A stretch of 64,000 bases of DNA from a virus (taxonomy: Duplodnaviria > Caudoviricetes), in IMG/VR virus record IMGVR_UViG_3300028364_000013; one strand, given 5' to 3'. The notes beneath the pieces are model-generated. The model worked only from the letters and a program-made list of their open reading frames with translations, made no database searches and was not told the origin of the DNA. A program made the translations under genes and the position numbers. Numbering within the stretch: position 1 is the first letter of the stretch; every line of letters begins with the position of its first letter. Shown one piece after another: positions 9,094 to 18,360 of the stretch.

Positions 9094-10181
9094 TTATGAG
9101 AATCCATTGTTCTTCTTCCACTGCTCATGCTTTTGCTCAACACTATACATGAAAGAACCTCCTGGAATTACCTTCGCATCTGGGAATCCGTTTTCTGTTG
9201 TCAAAACAGATTCTGATTCTTTTATTGCACCAGTAAACTTTCCAGCACCTTTCTTATTTTCAATATTACCTGTTGAAGGATTGTATTAAAATTAATTTTT
9301 ACTTTTTTTAGTTTATTTATTAATAAACCAAATATGAAACCTAAATATACAAACGAACAACTTAAACATGCTAAGTCTTTTGATAAATTACCATTAGAAT
9401 GTTATGAATGTAATAAAGATTTTTTTATAGCAAAGACGCACATCAAAGATGCTAAAAATCCAAATTGCAAAAGAACTGGTGAATTTTGCTCAAAACAATG
9501 TTTGTCTTTATCAAAAAAAACAAAAGCTAAATATAATTGTCATAACTGCGGAAAAGAATGTGAAAAAAAGATTTCTCAAATAAAACTATCAAAATCAGGT
9601 TATAATTTTTGCTCAAGGAGCTGCACATCATCTTATCATATGAAAAACAAAAAATACGGCACAAATAGGTCTAAATTAGAACAGTGGATTGAAATTCAAT
9701 TAACAAAATTATACCCAAATCTTAAAATATCTTATAATGACAGGCAAATTTTAAATCCTTTGGAATTAGATATATTTATCCCAGAATTGTCAATAGCATT
9801 TGAATTAAACGGCATTTTTCATTATGAACCCATATTTGGACCTGAAAAGCTAAATAAAACTCAAACTAAAGATTTCAACAAACACAAACTTTGCTTTGAT
9901 AAAAGGGTGGATTTATGTGTAATTGACACATCAAGTCAAAAATATTTTAAAGAACAGACATCTAATAAGTTTTTAAATATAATTATAAAAATTATTCAAG
10001 AAAGATTTTAATTCTATGTAACTTATTTGAACAAATAATCCGTTCTAACACCACCCTTAGGCTCAATAAACTCTACCATATAAGACTGTTCAGTTCCATC
10101 ATTCATATGAACAATCAAGTTACCAGTTTCATCTCGGTTCACTAAAAAATTCTTTCTCACCTCTTCTCTCTTGTCTTTCAT
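9094..10181 (-). pseudogene. Conserved jumbo-phage hypothetical gene split by an antisense endonuclease insertion
   Basis: N-half MKDKREEVRKNFLVNRDETG...VEFIEPKGGVRTD (10181-10030); C-half YNPSTG...FTGAIKESESVLTTENGF... (9290-9094). Confidence 0.6.
9334..10011 (+). CDS. Zn-finger plus PD-(D/E)xK (Vsr/DUF559-like) putative homing endonuclease
   Basis: CxxC repeats, FCSRSC, ELDIFIPELSIAFELNGIFHY; paralog of 34815-35516. Confidence 0.8.
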   Translation: MKPKYTNEQLKHAKSFDKLPLECYECNKDFFIAKTHIKDAKNPNCKRTGEFCSKQCLSLSKKTKAKYNCHNCGKECEKKISQIKLSKSGYNFCSRSCTSSYHMKNKKYGTNRSKLEQWIEIQLTKLYPNLKISYNDRQILNPLELDIFIPELSIAFELNGIFHYEPIFGPEKLNKTQTKDFNKHKLCFDKRVDLCVIDTSSQKYFKEQTSNKFLNIIIKIIQERF

Positions 10182-10227
10182 GACTTTTGTTTTTAAAATT
10201 ATATTTTATTTCATTATCGAACAAATG

Positions 10228-10301
10228 AGCAGGTAGACGGGATTGAACCGTCTCTATTCCAGATTGGAAATCTGGCGCACCACCATTTATGCGTTACCTG
10301 C
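10228..10301 (-). tRNA. tRNA-Gly (TCC)
   Basis: GCAGGTA/TACCTGC-T; CCAGA-TTTCCAA-TCTGG. Confidence 0.9.
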
Positions 10302-10306
10302 GTTTG

Positions 10307-10461
10307 TGGACATGGGAGGAATTAAACCCAAGACGTAAATCTCGCTTACTTTGCTCCTGAAATGACTAATGCGCACTTATCAATTCACTCACGTTTCAAC
10401 CCTTAGCTTTCTTAGCACCAACACCAAAGTTGGGACGGTTCATCTCACCGCAAGCATATCC
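10307..10461 (-). ncRNA. 155-nt RNA closed by a tRNA-like acceptor stem
   Basis: 5' GGATATG pairs with 3' CATGTCC-A, preceded by a degenerate T arm; sits between tRNAs. Confidence 0.4.
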
Positions 10462-10496
10462 ATATTTGCCTATTTATAGTCGTAGCAAGGACTTTG

Positions 10497-10569
10497 AGCG
10501 AAATGTGGGAATCGAACCCCGTCTTCTCCTTGGAAGGGAGACGCTTTCAGCCATTAAGCTACATCTCGC
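10497..10569 (-). tRNA. tRNA-Gly (TCC), atypical acceptor/T stems
   Basis: TCTCC-CTTCCAA-GGAGA; T73. Confidence 0.8.
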
Positions 10570-10774
10570 ATATGGAGTCATTTATACACAGCTCCTGAGT
10601 GTTTATTTTACTTATTAAGATTTTTTAATTTATCTTTCTTATTGTCCTCTTGGGTAATTCTTAATCTTGCTGCGAAGTCCATTTGTGAAATTAGTTTTTT
10701 AATCCTATCAGGGTCTTCATTTTCTTTATTTTTCATAGTTTGGTTTTTAACAATATTATAGCCTTCAACTTTTG

Positions 10775-10858
10775 TGGGGGTGGTTGGATTCGAACCAACT
10801 CAGACCTATGCCAATGGTGTTACAGACCATCCCAACTCTCCAACTTTGGCGCACCCCC
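10775..10858 (-). tRNA. tRNA-Tyr (GTA)
   Basis: ATGGT-CTGTAAC-ACCAT, long variable arm. Confidence 0.9.
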
Positions 10859-10984
10859 AGTTTACGAAATTTCTTTTATTTTCAGTTTGCGGATTTCGTA
10901 ATCCCATTTCTGCTATTCTTAATTTGTCAGGGAACAAAGCACTGACAAACGTCTTGTCTGAATTGTAAAATTCATTTCCCTTAG

Positions 10985-11057
10985 TGGAGGTGGTCGAAAT
11001 CGAATCGACCTCAGGAACATTGCAAATGTTTCTCGCCAGCCTTGGACATGCACCCCC
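10985..11057 (-). tRNA. tRNA-Ala (TGC)
   Basis: Loop TTTGCAA; G3:U70 and A73. Confidence 0.85.
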
Positions 11058-11196
11058 ATTGCGCTATGGTGGAAAGTACTTTCCTATGGTTACCATAACT
11101 TATTTATCCGCTTTTTGTGGAGAAATAGGGAGTTTAACCCAGTTCAGTCGCTCCGCTAAGCTGTTACACAACATTAACTGAATACTTAAATCTCCA

Positions 11197-11700
11197 TTAT
11201 TTATTATTTTTCATAATTTCAAAGTACTTCTGATTCCTCAATCTTTTTTTCTTGTCGATTCTATTTCTAAAATCTTTAAGAAGAGGTTCTGGAATCTGGA
11301 TGCCCCTCTTTTGGAACTCTCCTAATATTTCTTCCTCTGTAAATGTCCAGTCGCAAATTCCATCGCTCCACTGGTCCACCCAAAGACCAAAACTTCTTTT
11401 TCCACTCATTACAGCTTTGACGATATTCGGATGTCTTGTCCTTATCACTGTATTCCTCTTGATGTCTCCGTTTTCAACTTGCCTAAAGCAATATTTACCT
11501 TCTTCACCATTTGGGTCAAACTCAGTTTCTATTATTGAGCCTGAGAATTCTAATAACCCACTTCTATAGCTCTTAAGAAAAAATATAAACATTTCATTGA
11601 AGTTATCAGAATATTTTCTAAGCTTCCTGTTTTTTCTACTTCCTACTTTCTTTTTTTGCTCATCAAGCCTACTTAACTTCTGGCTCCCAAGCGGTGTTCT
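11197..11700 (-). CDS. Hypothetical protein (true start uncertain)
   Basis: ORF-track start overlaps tRNA-Asp; body YSDNFNEMFIFFLKSY... looks natural. Confidence 0.6.
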   Translation of the reverse strand, partial: RTPLGSQKLSRLDEQKKKVGSRKNRKLRKYSDNFNEMFIFFLKSYRSGLLEFSGSIIETEFDPNGEEGKYCFRQVENGDIKRNTVIRTRHPNIVKAVMSGKRSFGLWVDQWSDGICDWTFTEEEILGEFQKRGIQIPEPLLKDFRNRIDKKKRLRNQKYFEIMKNNK

Positions 11701-11751
11701 CCTTGCTCTTTCATTTTTTCTAAATTTATAAATTAATTTAACATTACCCAG

Positions 11752-11824
11752 CGGTCCCGAACGGATTCGAACCGTCAACCATCTCGCAGACAACGAGCTA
11801 CACTACCAATTGTGCTACGGGACC
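11752..11824 (-). tRNA. tRNA-Asp (GTC)
   Basis: GGTCCCG/CGGGACC-G; loop TTGTCTG (unusual U37). Confidence 0.8.
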
Positions 11825-11830
11825 TTATTG

Positions 11831-11904
11831 TCTAAGTGACAGGGGTCGAACCTGCGGCCTGAGCGCCCCAAACGCCCCACTCTACCAAACTGAGCTACAC
11901 CTAG
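11831..11904 (-). tRNA. tRNA-Pro (TGG)
   Basis: C1-G72, loop TTTGGGG. Confidence 0.9.
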
Positions 11905-11912
11905 ATATTTTG

Positions 11913-11988
11913 CGGTCTATACGGTTTTCGAATCCGTCTGATATTCCTCCGTGACAGGGAGGTGGACACCCAAGCATCCCCATAGACC
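11913..11988 (-). tRNA. tRNA-Asp (GTC)
   Basis: CCTCC-CTGTCAC-GGAGG; G73. Confidence 0.85.
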
Positions 11989-11999
11989 ATTTTTTTAAG

Positions 12000-12075
12000 T
12001 CTGATGAGCTGGATTTGAACCAACGTGCTGCAATTTCCAAAATTGCCGAGATAAGCCTGACTCCTCTATCACCAG
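12000..12075 (-). tRNA. tRNA-Pro (TGG)
   Basis: GCAAT-TTTGGAA-ATTGC. Confidence 0.85.
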
Positions 12076-12152
12076 ATATTTTACTTTAATTTCCAAGATG
12101 TCAATTTTTTACTTTCGAAAGACTCAGTGACGTTTCACAAAAGTCTATAAAC

Positions 12153-12415
12153 AAAAAAAGCTCGGTCCTTTTTGGAACCGAGCTTTAAACTATTCGTTTA
12201 GATATTATATTATCAAACTTTAAGTTTATGCAAAACGATTCCGTCCCTGCTGCAATCATCTGCCGCTGGCGCCCCCATATAGCCCATCGGGTTAATTGAA
12301 GTGTTCTCGTTATATGTATAAACTTTTTCCATTTGAATTTGTTTCTCTTTTTTCTAAATAGCAGAAAATTTCTTTTTCCGCTTTCTTCTACGCAAATATA
12401 TAACATTTGTTCTAT
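12153..12415 (-). promoter_or_regulatory. Promoter, 39-aa leader ORF (12332-12213) and terminator (12153-12186): putative attenuator of the Pro/Asp/Ala/Tyr/Gly/Met tRNA cluster
   Basis: TATATTTG promoter at about 12392-12399; leader MEKVYTYNENTSINPMGYMGAPAADDCSRDGIVLHKLKV; hairpin AAAGCTCGGTTCC-AAAAA-GGACCGAGCTTT plus U tract. Confidence 0.7.
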
Positions 12416-12467
12416 TAAATCCAAATCTTTTTTAAAGAAATATTGAAAATAATTTTGAACCTCTTGA

Positions 12468-13101
12468 TTACCAGCAGTTTATCTCACGATAAAATTTTTC
12501 GAAATTTTTCATTTCTTGTATTGTGTAGCCGTATCTCTTTCTATTATGCTCTAAAGACTTCTTAATATCACCATCTTTATTCCTTAAAGTTGATGCCTTC
12601 CAATCAACAAGCATTTCAATTCTATCAAGTGGTTGCATTTCCTTTAGCAATAAGTACATCAGCAGGAGTCCATACAGCAACCATGTCAACACCTATTTTC
12701 TTACGTTTTCCAGTTTTAATAGTCTTACCATCAGAAGTAACTTTCACTACGTCTCTTGTTTCAGTGTATCCAGTATTATACTTAATAGAAGCATCTGTAT
12801 TCTCGCTTGCAGCGATGAAGTTAATTGCCTCTGGGTTATAAGTTGTTTCATCTGTGTTTACAGGGATTCCATTATCAGCAGCCCATTTTACAACGATATT
12901 CCAGTCACCATCTCTAATAACGGTAGCACATGTCATACCTCTTGCATTTTGAGGGTCTTGCTTAACAGATGGTGGAGCCATGAATTGGTCCTCACCTAAT
13001 GAACGTCCACATGAGTATATAATCTCAGCTGTGTAGTCATTACCTAATCTTGATAACTGTTCGTTAGCTCCTGCAAGCCATGCTGGACCATAATCACCCA
13101 A
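12468..13101 (-). pseudogene. Two gene fragments joined out of frame (unknown protein plus DUF5662-like C-terminus)
   Basis: KEMQPLDRIEMLVDWKASTLRNKDGDIKKS resembles the DUF5662 C-terminus but lacks its N-terminus. Confidence 0.45.
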
Positions 13102-13183
13102 TTGTTTATTTAATTAATTATTAGTTTAGCGACTACAAAATAAGCCAAAATTTACAACCTATGCAAATTTTAGCCTATATTTT

Positions 13184-13651
13184 TTAATACTTCATTGGAA
13201 AGTCTTCCAAATCTTGGTATACAATTATTTTACATGAATCATTTTCGATTACAATATCTAAGTGAGTTCTTACTTCAGTAGCATTAATTTCTGCTATATA
13301 AACAAGAGTCTTAATGCCATCTTCATCATACATTTTCTTAGGCTTACCAAGTTTGTATCCGAACTGCATTTTTTTATAGTGCTCAAGAATAACATCTTCA
13401 CCGTGTAGGTCAATGCTCATTTGAGAAGTAAACGCCAGCATAGTTTCATACTCGCCTTGTATATACAAAGTTTGGAAGAAGTTTCCAAAATCGCTTCCAT
13501 ATATCAAAGCAGGATTAGAAAAAGGTTTATTTTCTAACTCAGAAGAGCTATCTTTAGCTGTAACCAATGGACCTGGGCCTGGCTTTATTTCAAGCTCATC
13601 ACATGACACAGTGATTAAACAGACTAATAATATGTAAATATAGTTTCTCAT
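13184..13651 (-). CDS. Lipoprotein
   Basis: Lipobox-like MRNYIYILLVCLITVS-CD. Confidence 0.7.
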   Translation of the reverse strand: MRNYIYILLVCLITVSCDELEIKPGPGPLVTAKDSSSELENKPFSNPALIYGSDFGNFFQTLYIQGEYETMLAFTSQMSIDLHGEDVILEHYKKMQFGYKLGKPKKMYDEDGIKTLVYIAEINATEVRTHLDIVIENDSCKIIVYQDLEDFPMKY

Positions 13652-13712
13652 AATATTATCTTGTACGTATAAAAGTTAAAAAATGTTTCAAATTTTTATA
13701 GAAAAATACTAA

Positions 13713-14347
13713 ATGTCTATTAAACTCAACATATTAGAGTCTAAAAAACTATTAACTATCTAATGTCTGATGTTGATTTTAAGGAAGAGTTTGCTGTAGA
13801 GTATAGCTCTATATTTGAGAAGCACTTAAGAAAACTATTGAATGACGGGCCTATACTTAAGCAAGCTTGCAAGGATAGGTTTGGTAAGTTACTTGAACCA
13901 GATGAAGAGAAAGAGCCTGAGTACCCAGAATCGGGTTCTGGCGAAAACGTTGCTCCAGGACCAATCTTGTCAGACTCTAAAGAAGTAGTTGTGTATACTG
14001 GCCCAAAAACAGAAAACAAGGAACCAGCTTTGCTATTGGTGGGAGACCCTGAAAAAGTAAAACACCTATAAAGAAAAATTGTTCAAAAGACACATCCAGA
14101 CAAAGTGAATAGCGATGCGCTAAATGAACTTTACTATAAAGCTACAAAAGCTAATAAGTCGAAAGACCTTCTAGCTCTATACTCTATTTGTAATGAGCTT
14201 GGAATTAAGTTCAATATTACTGATAAAGAAATTGCTATAATTAAGAACAGACTTCTTGCGATAAAACAACAACAAGAAAGGTTTGAGAAAAGCCACTTAT
14301 GGTTATGGGCAAACATAGAAGATGATAAACAAAAAAGGAAATACTAA
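13713..14347 (+). pseudogene. J-domain-like (HPD) protein interrupted by a frameshift and an in-frame TAA (14069-14071)
   Basis: KHL*RKIVQKTHPDKV, where LYRKI...HPDK is expected. Confidence 0.55.
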
Positions 14348-14377
14348 AACACTTCCTTCTTAATAACGCTCCTATGG

Positions 14378-15196
14378 TTAAAGGTTTGTTTTAACATACT
14401 CTGTCAAAGCCTCAACATACTTTTCAATATCAGCGTGATAGAACCCTACTGAGTTCATGCATCCACACTCAATGATATAATACCTCATATCACCATCTTC
14501 ATGTCTTACACTTGCTATATCAATAGCTATGACCTCATGTGGAGCATACTCACTTAGTCTGTCTTCAACAAACTGAATCATATCTGCTGGAATGTCTTCT
14601 CCAGACTTTGAAAGTCTAAAGTTCTCTCTGTACCTTGAACTGGTTACTACCTTTCCATCTACACAATAATTTCTCCACTCTTTATGTATGTTGTAAGCTG
14701 GGCCAACAAGTATTTTAGAATCTTCATTCAACGGACCTTCGTACTTAATCATGCGCTCAATCATGTCCATGATTTCATATTCATTAGCTGCTGTGCCATC
14801 AAACTCTTTTCCATCACCATCTGGTCTAACAAACAAAGTTATACATGGATTGCTTCTGTCATTATCAAGAAATTCTGAAACCTTCATTATCTCAGCTCCA
14901 GATGAAAGCATGTGTTCACCCCACTTATTAATATAGTTCTCCATAGAGAAAGTATCTGGATTATAAAACAACCCAACTGGATTCAATTGCTCATGAAGAT
15001 TATTCATAAAAGTAGTTGAGCCATAATAAATATTCTCATACTCATCATCAACTGGAAACTCTGGTAATTCATCTGAAAAAGGAACTACTATAACTTCTAC
15101 GTGCTCAATACCCAGTTTATCACAAGCATCTTGAAATTGGTTCCTGTCGTTTTCTGCTATCAGGTTGTCCTGAATAATCCACCTCACTTTCTTCAT
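14378..15196 (-). CDS. ATP-grasp domain protein (DUF4343/R2K-like)
   Basis: FVRPDGDGKEFDG, EWRNYCVDGKVVTSSRY, IDIA, IIECGCMNSVGFY. Confidence 0.75.
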   Translation of the reverse strand: MKKVRWIIQDNLIAENDRNQFQDACDKLGIEHVEVIVVPFSDELPEFPVDDEYENIYYGSTTFMNNLHEQLNPVGLFYNPDTFSMENYINKWGEHMLSSGAEIMKVSEFLDNDRSNPCITLFVRPDGDGKEFDGTAANEYEIMDMIERMIKYEGPLNEDSKILVGPAYNIHKEWRNYCVDGKVVTSSRYRENFRLSKSGEDIPADMIQFVEDRLSEYAPHEVIAIDIASVRHEDGDMRYYIIECGCMNSVGFYHADIEKYVEALTEYVKTNL

Positions 15197-15519
15197 TATG
15201 AATCAAAATTTAAAGGCCTACCCGTTTTGTCACACTCTATTATAAACGGACCAAGCATTGCGTTTTTATATTGCTCTTTTTTGCAGTGACTACACTCATA
15301 ACTCCAAACACCATTCTCTAATTCATAAGAATAAGATTCTGAATGAGATAATTCATTTCCGCATGAACACCAGTTTAAAGAATGCTTCCACCCTTCTGCT
15401 TTCTCAAGCTTTGTTCCTTTTACAAAATCAGTATTTATAATCCATTCGCTATTAACGAAGTAATAAAGATTTCCTGTTAGTTTTCTAAACCAACTCAATT
15501 GTCTTAAATATCGTTTCAT
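15196..15519 (-). CDS. Hypothetical Zn-ribbon protein
   Basis: WCSCG...YECSHC; coupled to neighbours. Confidence 0.65.
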   Translation of the reverse strand: MKRYLRQLSWFRKLTGNLYYFVNSEWIINTDFVKGTKLEKAEGWKHSLNWCSCGNELSHSESYSYELENGVWSYECSHCKKEQYKNAMLGPFIIECDKTGRPLNFDS

Positions 15520-15520
15520 A

Positions 15521-16315
15521 TTATTTAACTGTCATATGAGTTTCCCAGAACTTGACAGACTTTTCGAAATTGTCTTCAATTTCCTTCATCTCTGTTTGGT
15601 ACTTCACAACATCACTGTTGTATTTCTTCATTAATTCTGATTCCTCTACAAGATTTGGCTTCACTGGAGGAACTGGAAGTTTCATTCCACTACCACCCAT
15701 TGATAGGTCCATGTAATTTCTCATCATTGTAATTGGCTTCATTGGCTCCTCTCTCGGAGTCATCTGACCAAGTATTGCAACAACACCCCAATCGGCATCA
15801 AAAGGCTCTGACTTCTCAAGACCGATTGCGTCAACTCCACCTCTTGCTAAAGTTTTCTCATAATCAATCAAAGCTTCTTTGTCCATCTGCGCCTTGCTGT
15901 AAAGAACAGTGATTGTGTATTTTGCCACTGGCTTGCCAAATGGAAGCTCAAGCCATCTTGATAACACTGGCCATTCACCTTTTCTTCTTGATGAATATCC
16001 GCTTCTAACAAAAGGGTAGTGTGCTAACTCAAAAGGAATTGCTCCAGCTTTAGCATCAGTTATGTTTGCCATAACAAGAAGTTTACAGAACGGAGCATAT
16101 CCATCAAGAATGTTAACACGAACATGCCCATCTGATTTATCAATCATTCTATCTTCTGGTTTGTCAAAGTATAGATTTTTAAAACCATTAAGATGTTGTT
16201 CAAAATCTACTGGTTCTAAATTTAGAATTTTTGTTCCACCAAAGTCTTGGTCGAAATGTCTTAAGGCGAAATCACTAATCTTGATTGTGCCCAATCTTTC
16301 TGTTTGTTCTTTCAT
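15521..16315 (-). CDS. DUF3228-family protein
   Basis: DGYAPFCKL, SGYSSRR..E.PVLSRW, LYSKAQM, EEPMKPITMMRN. Confidence 0.8.
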   Translation of the reverse strand: MKEQTERLGTIKISDFALRHFDQDFGGTKILNLEPVDFEQHLNGFKNLYFDKPEDRMIDKSDGHVRVNILDGYAPFCKLLVMANITDAKAGAIPFELAHYPFVRSGYSSRRKGEWPVLSRWLELPFGKPVAKYTITVLYSKAQMDKEALIDYEKTLARGGVDAIGLEKSEPFDADWGVVAILGQMTPREEPMKPITMMRNYMDLSMGGSGMKLPVPPVKPNLVEESELMKKYNSDVVKYQTEMKEIEDNFEKSVKFWETHMTVK

Positions 16316-16503
16316 TATTTTTTAATGTTTAAAGTAGTTGGCTCTATTCCCTTTTCGGTCTTAATAAATAGGACTGCATCATTTGTTGCTTTATTGTCTT
16401 TTACTAAATAAGCAAGAGTCCCACAACACTCTGTAGAACCTATATGATTTACATATCTGTGATTACACACAAAACACTCAACTGTTATATCATTGTTTTC
16501 CAT
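16315..16503 (-). CDS. Small hypothetical protein
   Basis: Start and stop coupled to neighbour; CxxC..CC. Confidence 0.55.
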   Translation of the reverse strand: MENNDITVECFVCNHRYVNHIGSTECCGTLAYLVKDNKATNDAVLFIKTEKGIEPTTLNIKK

Positions 16504-16598
16504 TGCACGAATTTACGAAATAAAAAAAGGGGAACCAAATTAATGATTCCCCTTTTATACGTCATAAAACTTAAATTGTTCCATTTTGGAGCAACTAC

Positions 16599-16964
16599 TT
16601 AGTGAATAAAGTAAACTGAGCCTTTTTCTTCATCACACGTTAAATATTGAGGGCTTCTAAATAAATTTGGACCGCAGTGGTGTGTGTTTGCTGAAATATA
16701 TAGCTCCACTATCTCATTATGAGAGTTTCGCACTTTGCATACCCATCCGTCCTGTATTCTTTTAGCATCCTCCAATGCTTTTAATTGATAATTATATCCT
16801 TTTTCACATTCATAAAGGGTCTCGCCCTTCTTGATGTTACTAATTTCTAAGTAGTAATCTACCCAGTTTTCGCCTAAATCGCATTCGCTCGGCTTGATAA
16901 AATTTGTGTTTTTCATAACTTTAAATGTTAATTTTTCAAAGAACTCGTATAACTTTTTATACAT
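16599..16964 (-). CDS. Hypothetical protein
   Basis: 121-aa ORF behind TATTTATA motif. Confidence 0.6.
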   Translation of the reverse strand: MYKKLYEFFEKLTFKVMKNTNFIKPSECDLGENWVDYYLEISNIKKGETLYECEKGYNYQLKALEDAKRIQDGWVCKVRNSHNEIVELYISANTHHCGPNLFRSPQYLTCDEEKGSVYFIH

Positions 16965-17077
16965 CTATAAATAGTTACATAAACGAAAAACGGGGTAAAA
17001 AACACTAAATGTTAATAAAAAAATGGCACTAATTTTAGTGCCATTTTGTCAGTATTAGTATGTTAGTTTTCAGCCTT

Positions 17078-17630
17078 TTAAACAGTAGTAATGCTGGCTT
17101 GGTTTTTGCTATTAAGCATCTCATTATATAAAATTGTCTGATTTGTCATTACGAATTTAATGTTTTCGTAAATCGGCTCTTGAGAGACATGTGTTCTACG
17201 AGCCTCTTTAAGCGTTGGTACAATTTCCTCCATAGTTTCTTTAAGGTATTCTGATTGCTTTTCTGGCTTGAAGCCTCCAACCATTGTCAATAGATTATGA
17301 ACTCTATCAAAACCTTTTGCAAGAGAGGCGATTGGACAAGTAGCTAAGTTTGCAAAATAAGTAACTGCTGGAATCTTAACCCCATTTATTACCATTTAAC
17401 CCAGTTTTCTCAGTATAAATTTCATTCCATTCTTCTAAGTTTAAAATATTATACCCACTTGTTAGTAAAGTAACTTTGTAACAATTATCTCCAAAATGTT
17501 TTGCATAATCTAAATTAATCGAAAAATAATCAATGGGCTTCTTGGTTTTATCATAAATACCATCAACACAAGTATATACAATAGTTTTACCAAAACCCCT
17601 CACCTTTTCTATCATTTCCCTTATTTCCAT
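17078..17630 (-). pseudogene. Hybrid: N-terminal fragment of an unknown gene joined out of frame to a RelA/SpoT-type HD-domain C-terminus
   Basis: CPIASLAKGFDRVHNLLTM..FKPEKQSEYLKET lacks the upstream HD motif. Confidence 0.45.
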
Positions 17631-17785
17631 ATTCTTTTTATATATAAATATTCTAAAATTAGACCTCCACTAAACAAACCGTACTTGTGCTAACAGCGTA
17701 TATAAGAAATGACACATAAACATTCGTACTAAATTTAAACTTTCTGCAAGTGCCACTTCTCATATACGCAAAACGTTACCCACCA

Positions 17786-18004
17786 TTAAGGTAGTTCGGT
17801 AACAACATAGTTTATAGCCATATTTATTTCAGTTTCAATCTGAAATTTAAAGCCCTTAAATTCATACACTTTTTTATCCTTTACTTTTTCAAGGCTATAT
17901 TTTTGCAATAGTTCATATATTTCAGAAAGTGAAATACTGCTTACATTTGCTTTTATATTTAAATTTATTGTCATCATATCTTTCAATTTAACGGTGGGTA
18001 ACAC
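17786..18004 (-). CDS. Cassette-borne hypothetical protein
   Basis: Fills cassette 1, antisense to attC orientation. Confidence 0.5.
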   Translation of the reverse strand: MLPTVKLKDMMTINLNIKANVSSISLSEIYELLQKYSLEKVKDKKVYEFKGFKFQIETEINMAINYVVTELP

Positions 18005-18060
18005 TACCTAAAAACAAGTTCGTGCCTCACCAATTTTTAGCCTAAACGTTATGTGCCATA

Positions 18061-18360
18061 CTAAAACAACCATATAGCATCACAAAACCCATACTTTATA
18101 CGAGCCTCTTTCCAAAATTCTGCTTCTGCAAATTCAATACATTGGGTTTTAACTTCAAATTTTTCTAACCAACGTACTTTATCAGTAATTTCACCTCTTG
18201 CAATTCCATCACGCTTGTCGATGTAAACAAATGGTTCTACAATAAATTTACGTTTACATAAAAAAGTACGGCACATAACATTGTATAAACCCAATGCCTT
18301 TAGTGCTTTTTTGATATGATATTTCATAATTTTAATTTTAGTGTTGTTAATTAAGTTCAT
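18061..18360 (-). CDS. Cassette-borne hypothetical protein
   Basis: Fills cassette 2; reading frame starts inside attC3. Confidence 0.5.
   Translation of the reverse strand: MNLINNTKIKIMKYHIKKALKALGLYNVMCRTFLCKRKFIVEPFVYIDKRDGIARGEITDKVRWLEKFEVKTQCIEFAEAEFWKEARIKYGFCDAIWLF

Noticed and set aside
10307-10461. tmRNA
   Set aside because: Too short, no G3:U70, and no recognisable tag ORF or pseudoknot set
10430-11181. Short plus-strand ORFs over tRNA clusters (also 25889, 26696, 27209, 27257, 34273, 34520, 34670)
   Set aside because: Antisense or overlapping readings of tRNA genes
14069-14071. Ochre read-through in the J-domain gene
   Set aside because: Single case, the same gene also has a frameshift, and no UUA tRNA is seen; more likely error or decay
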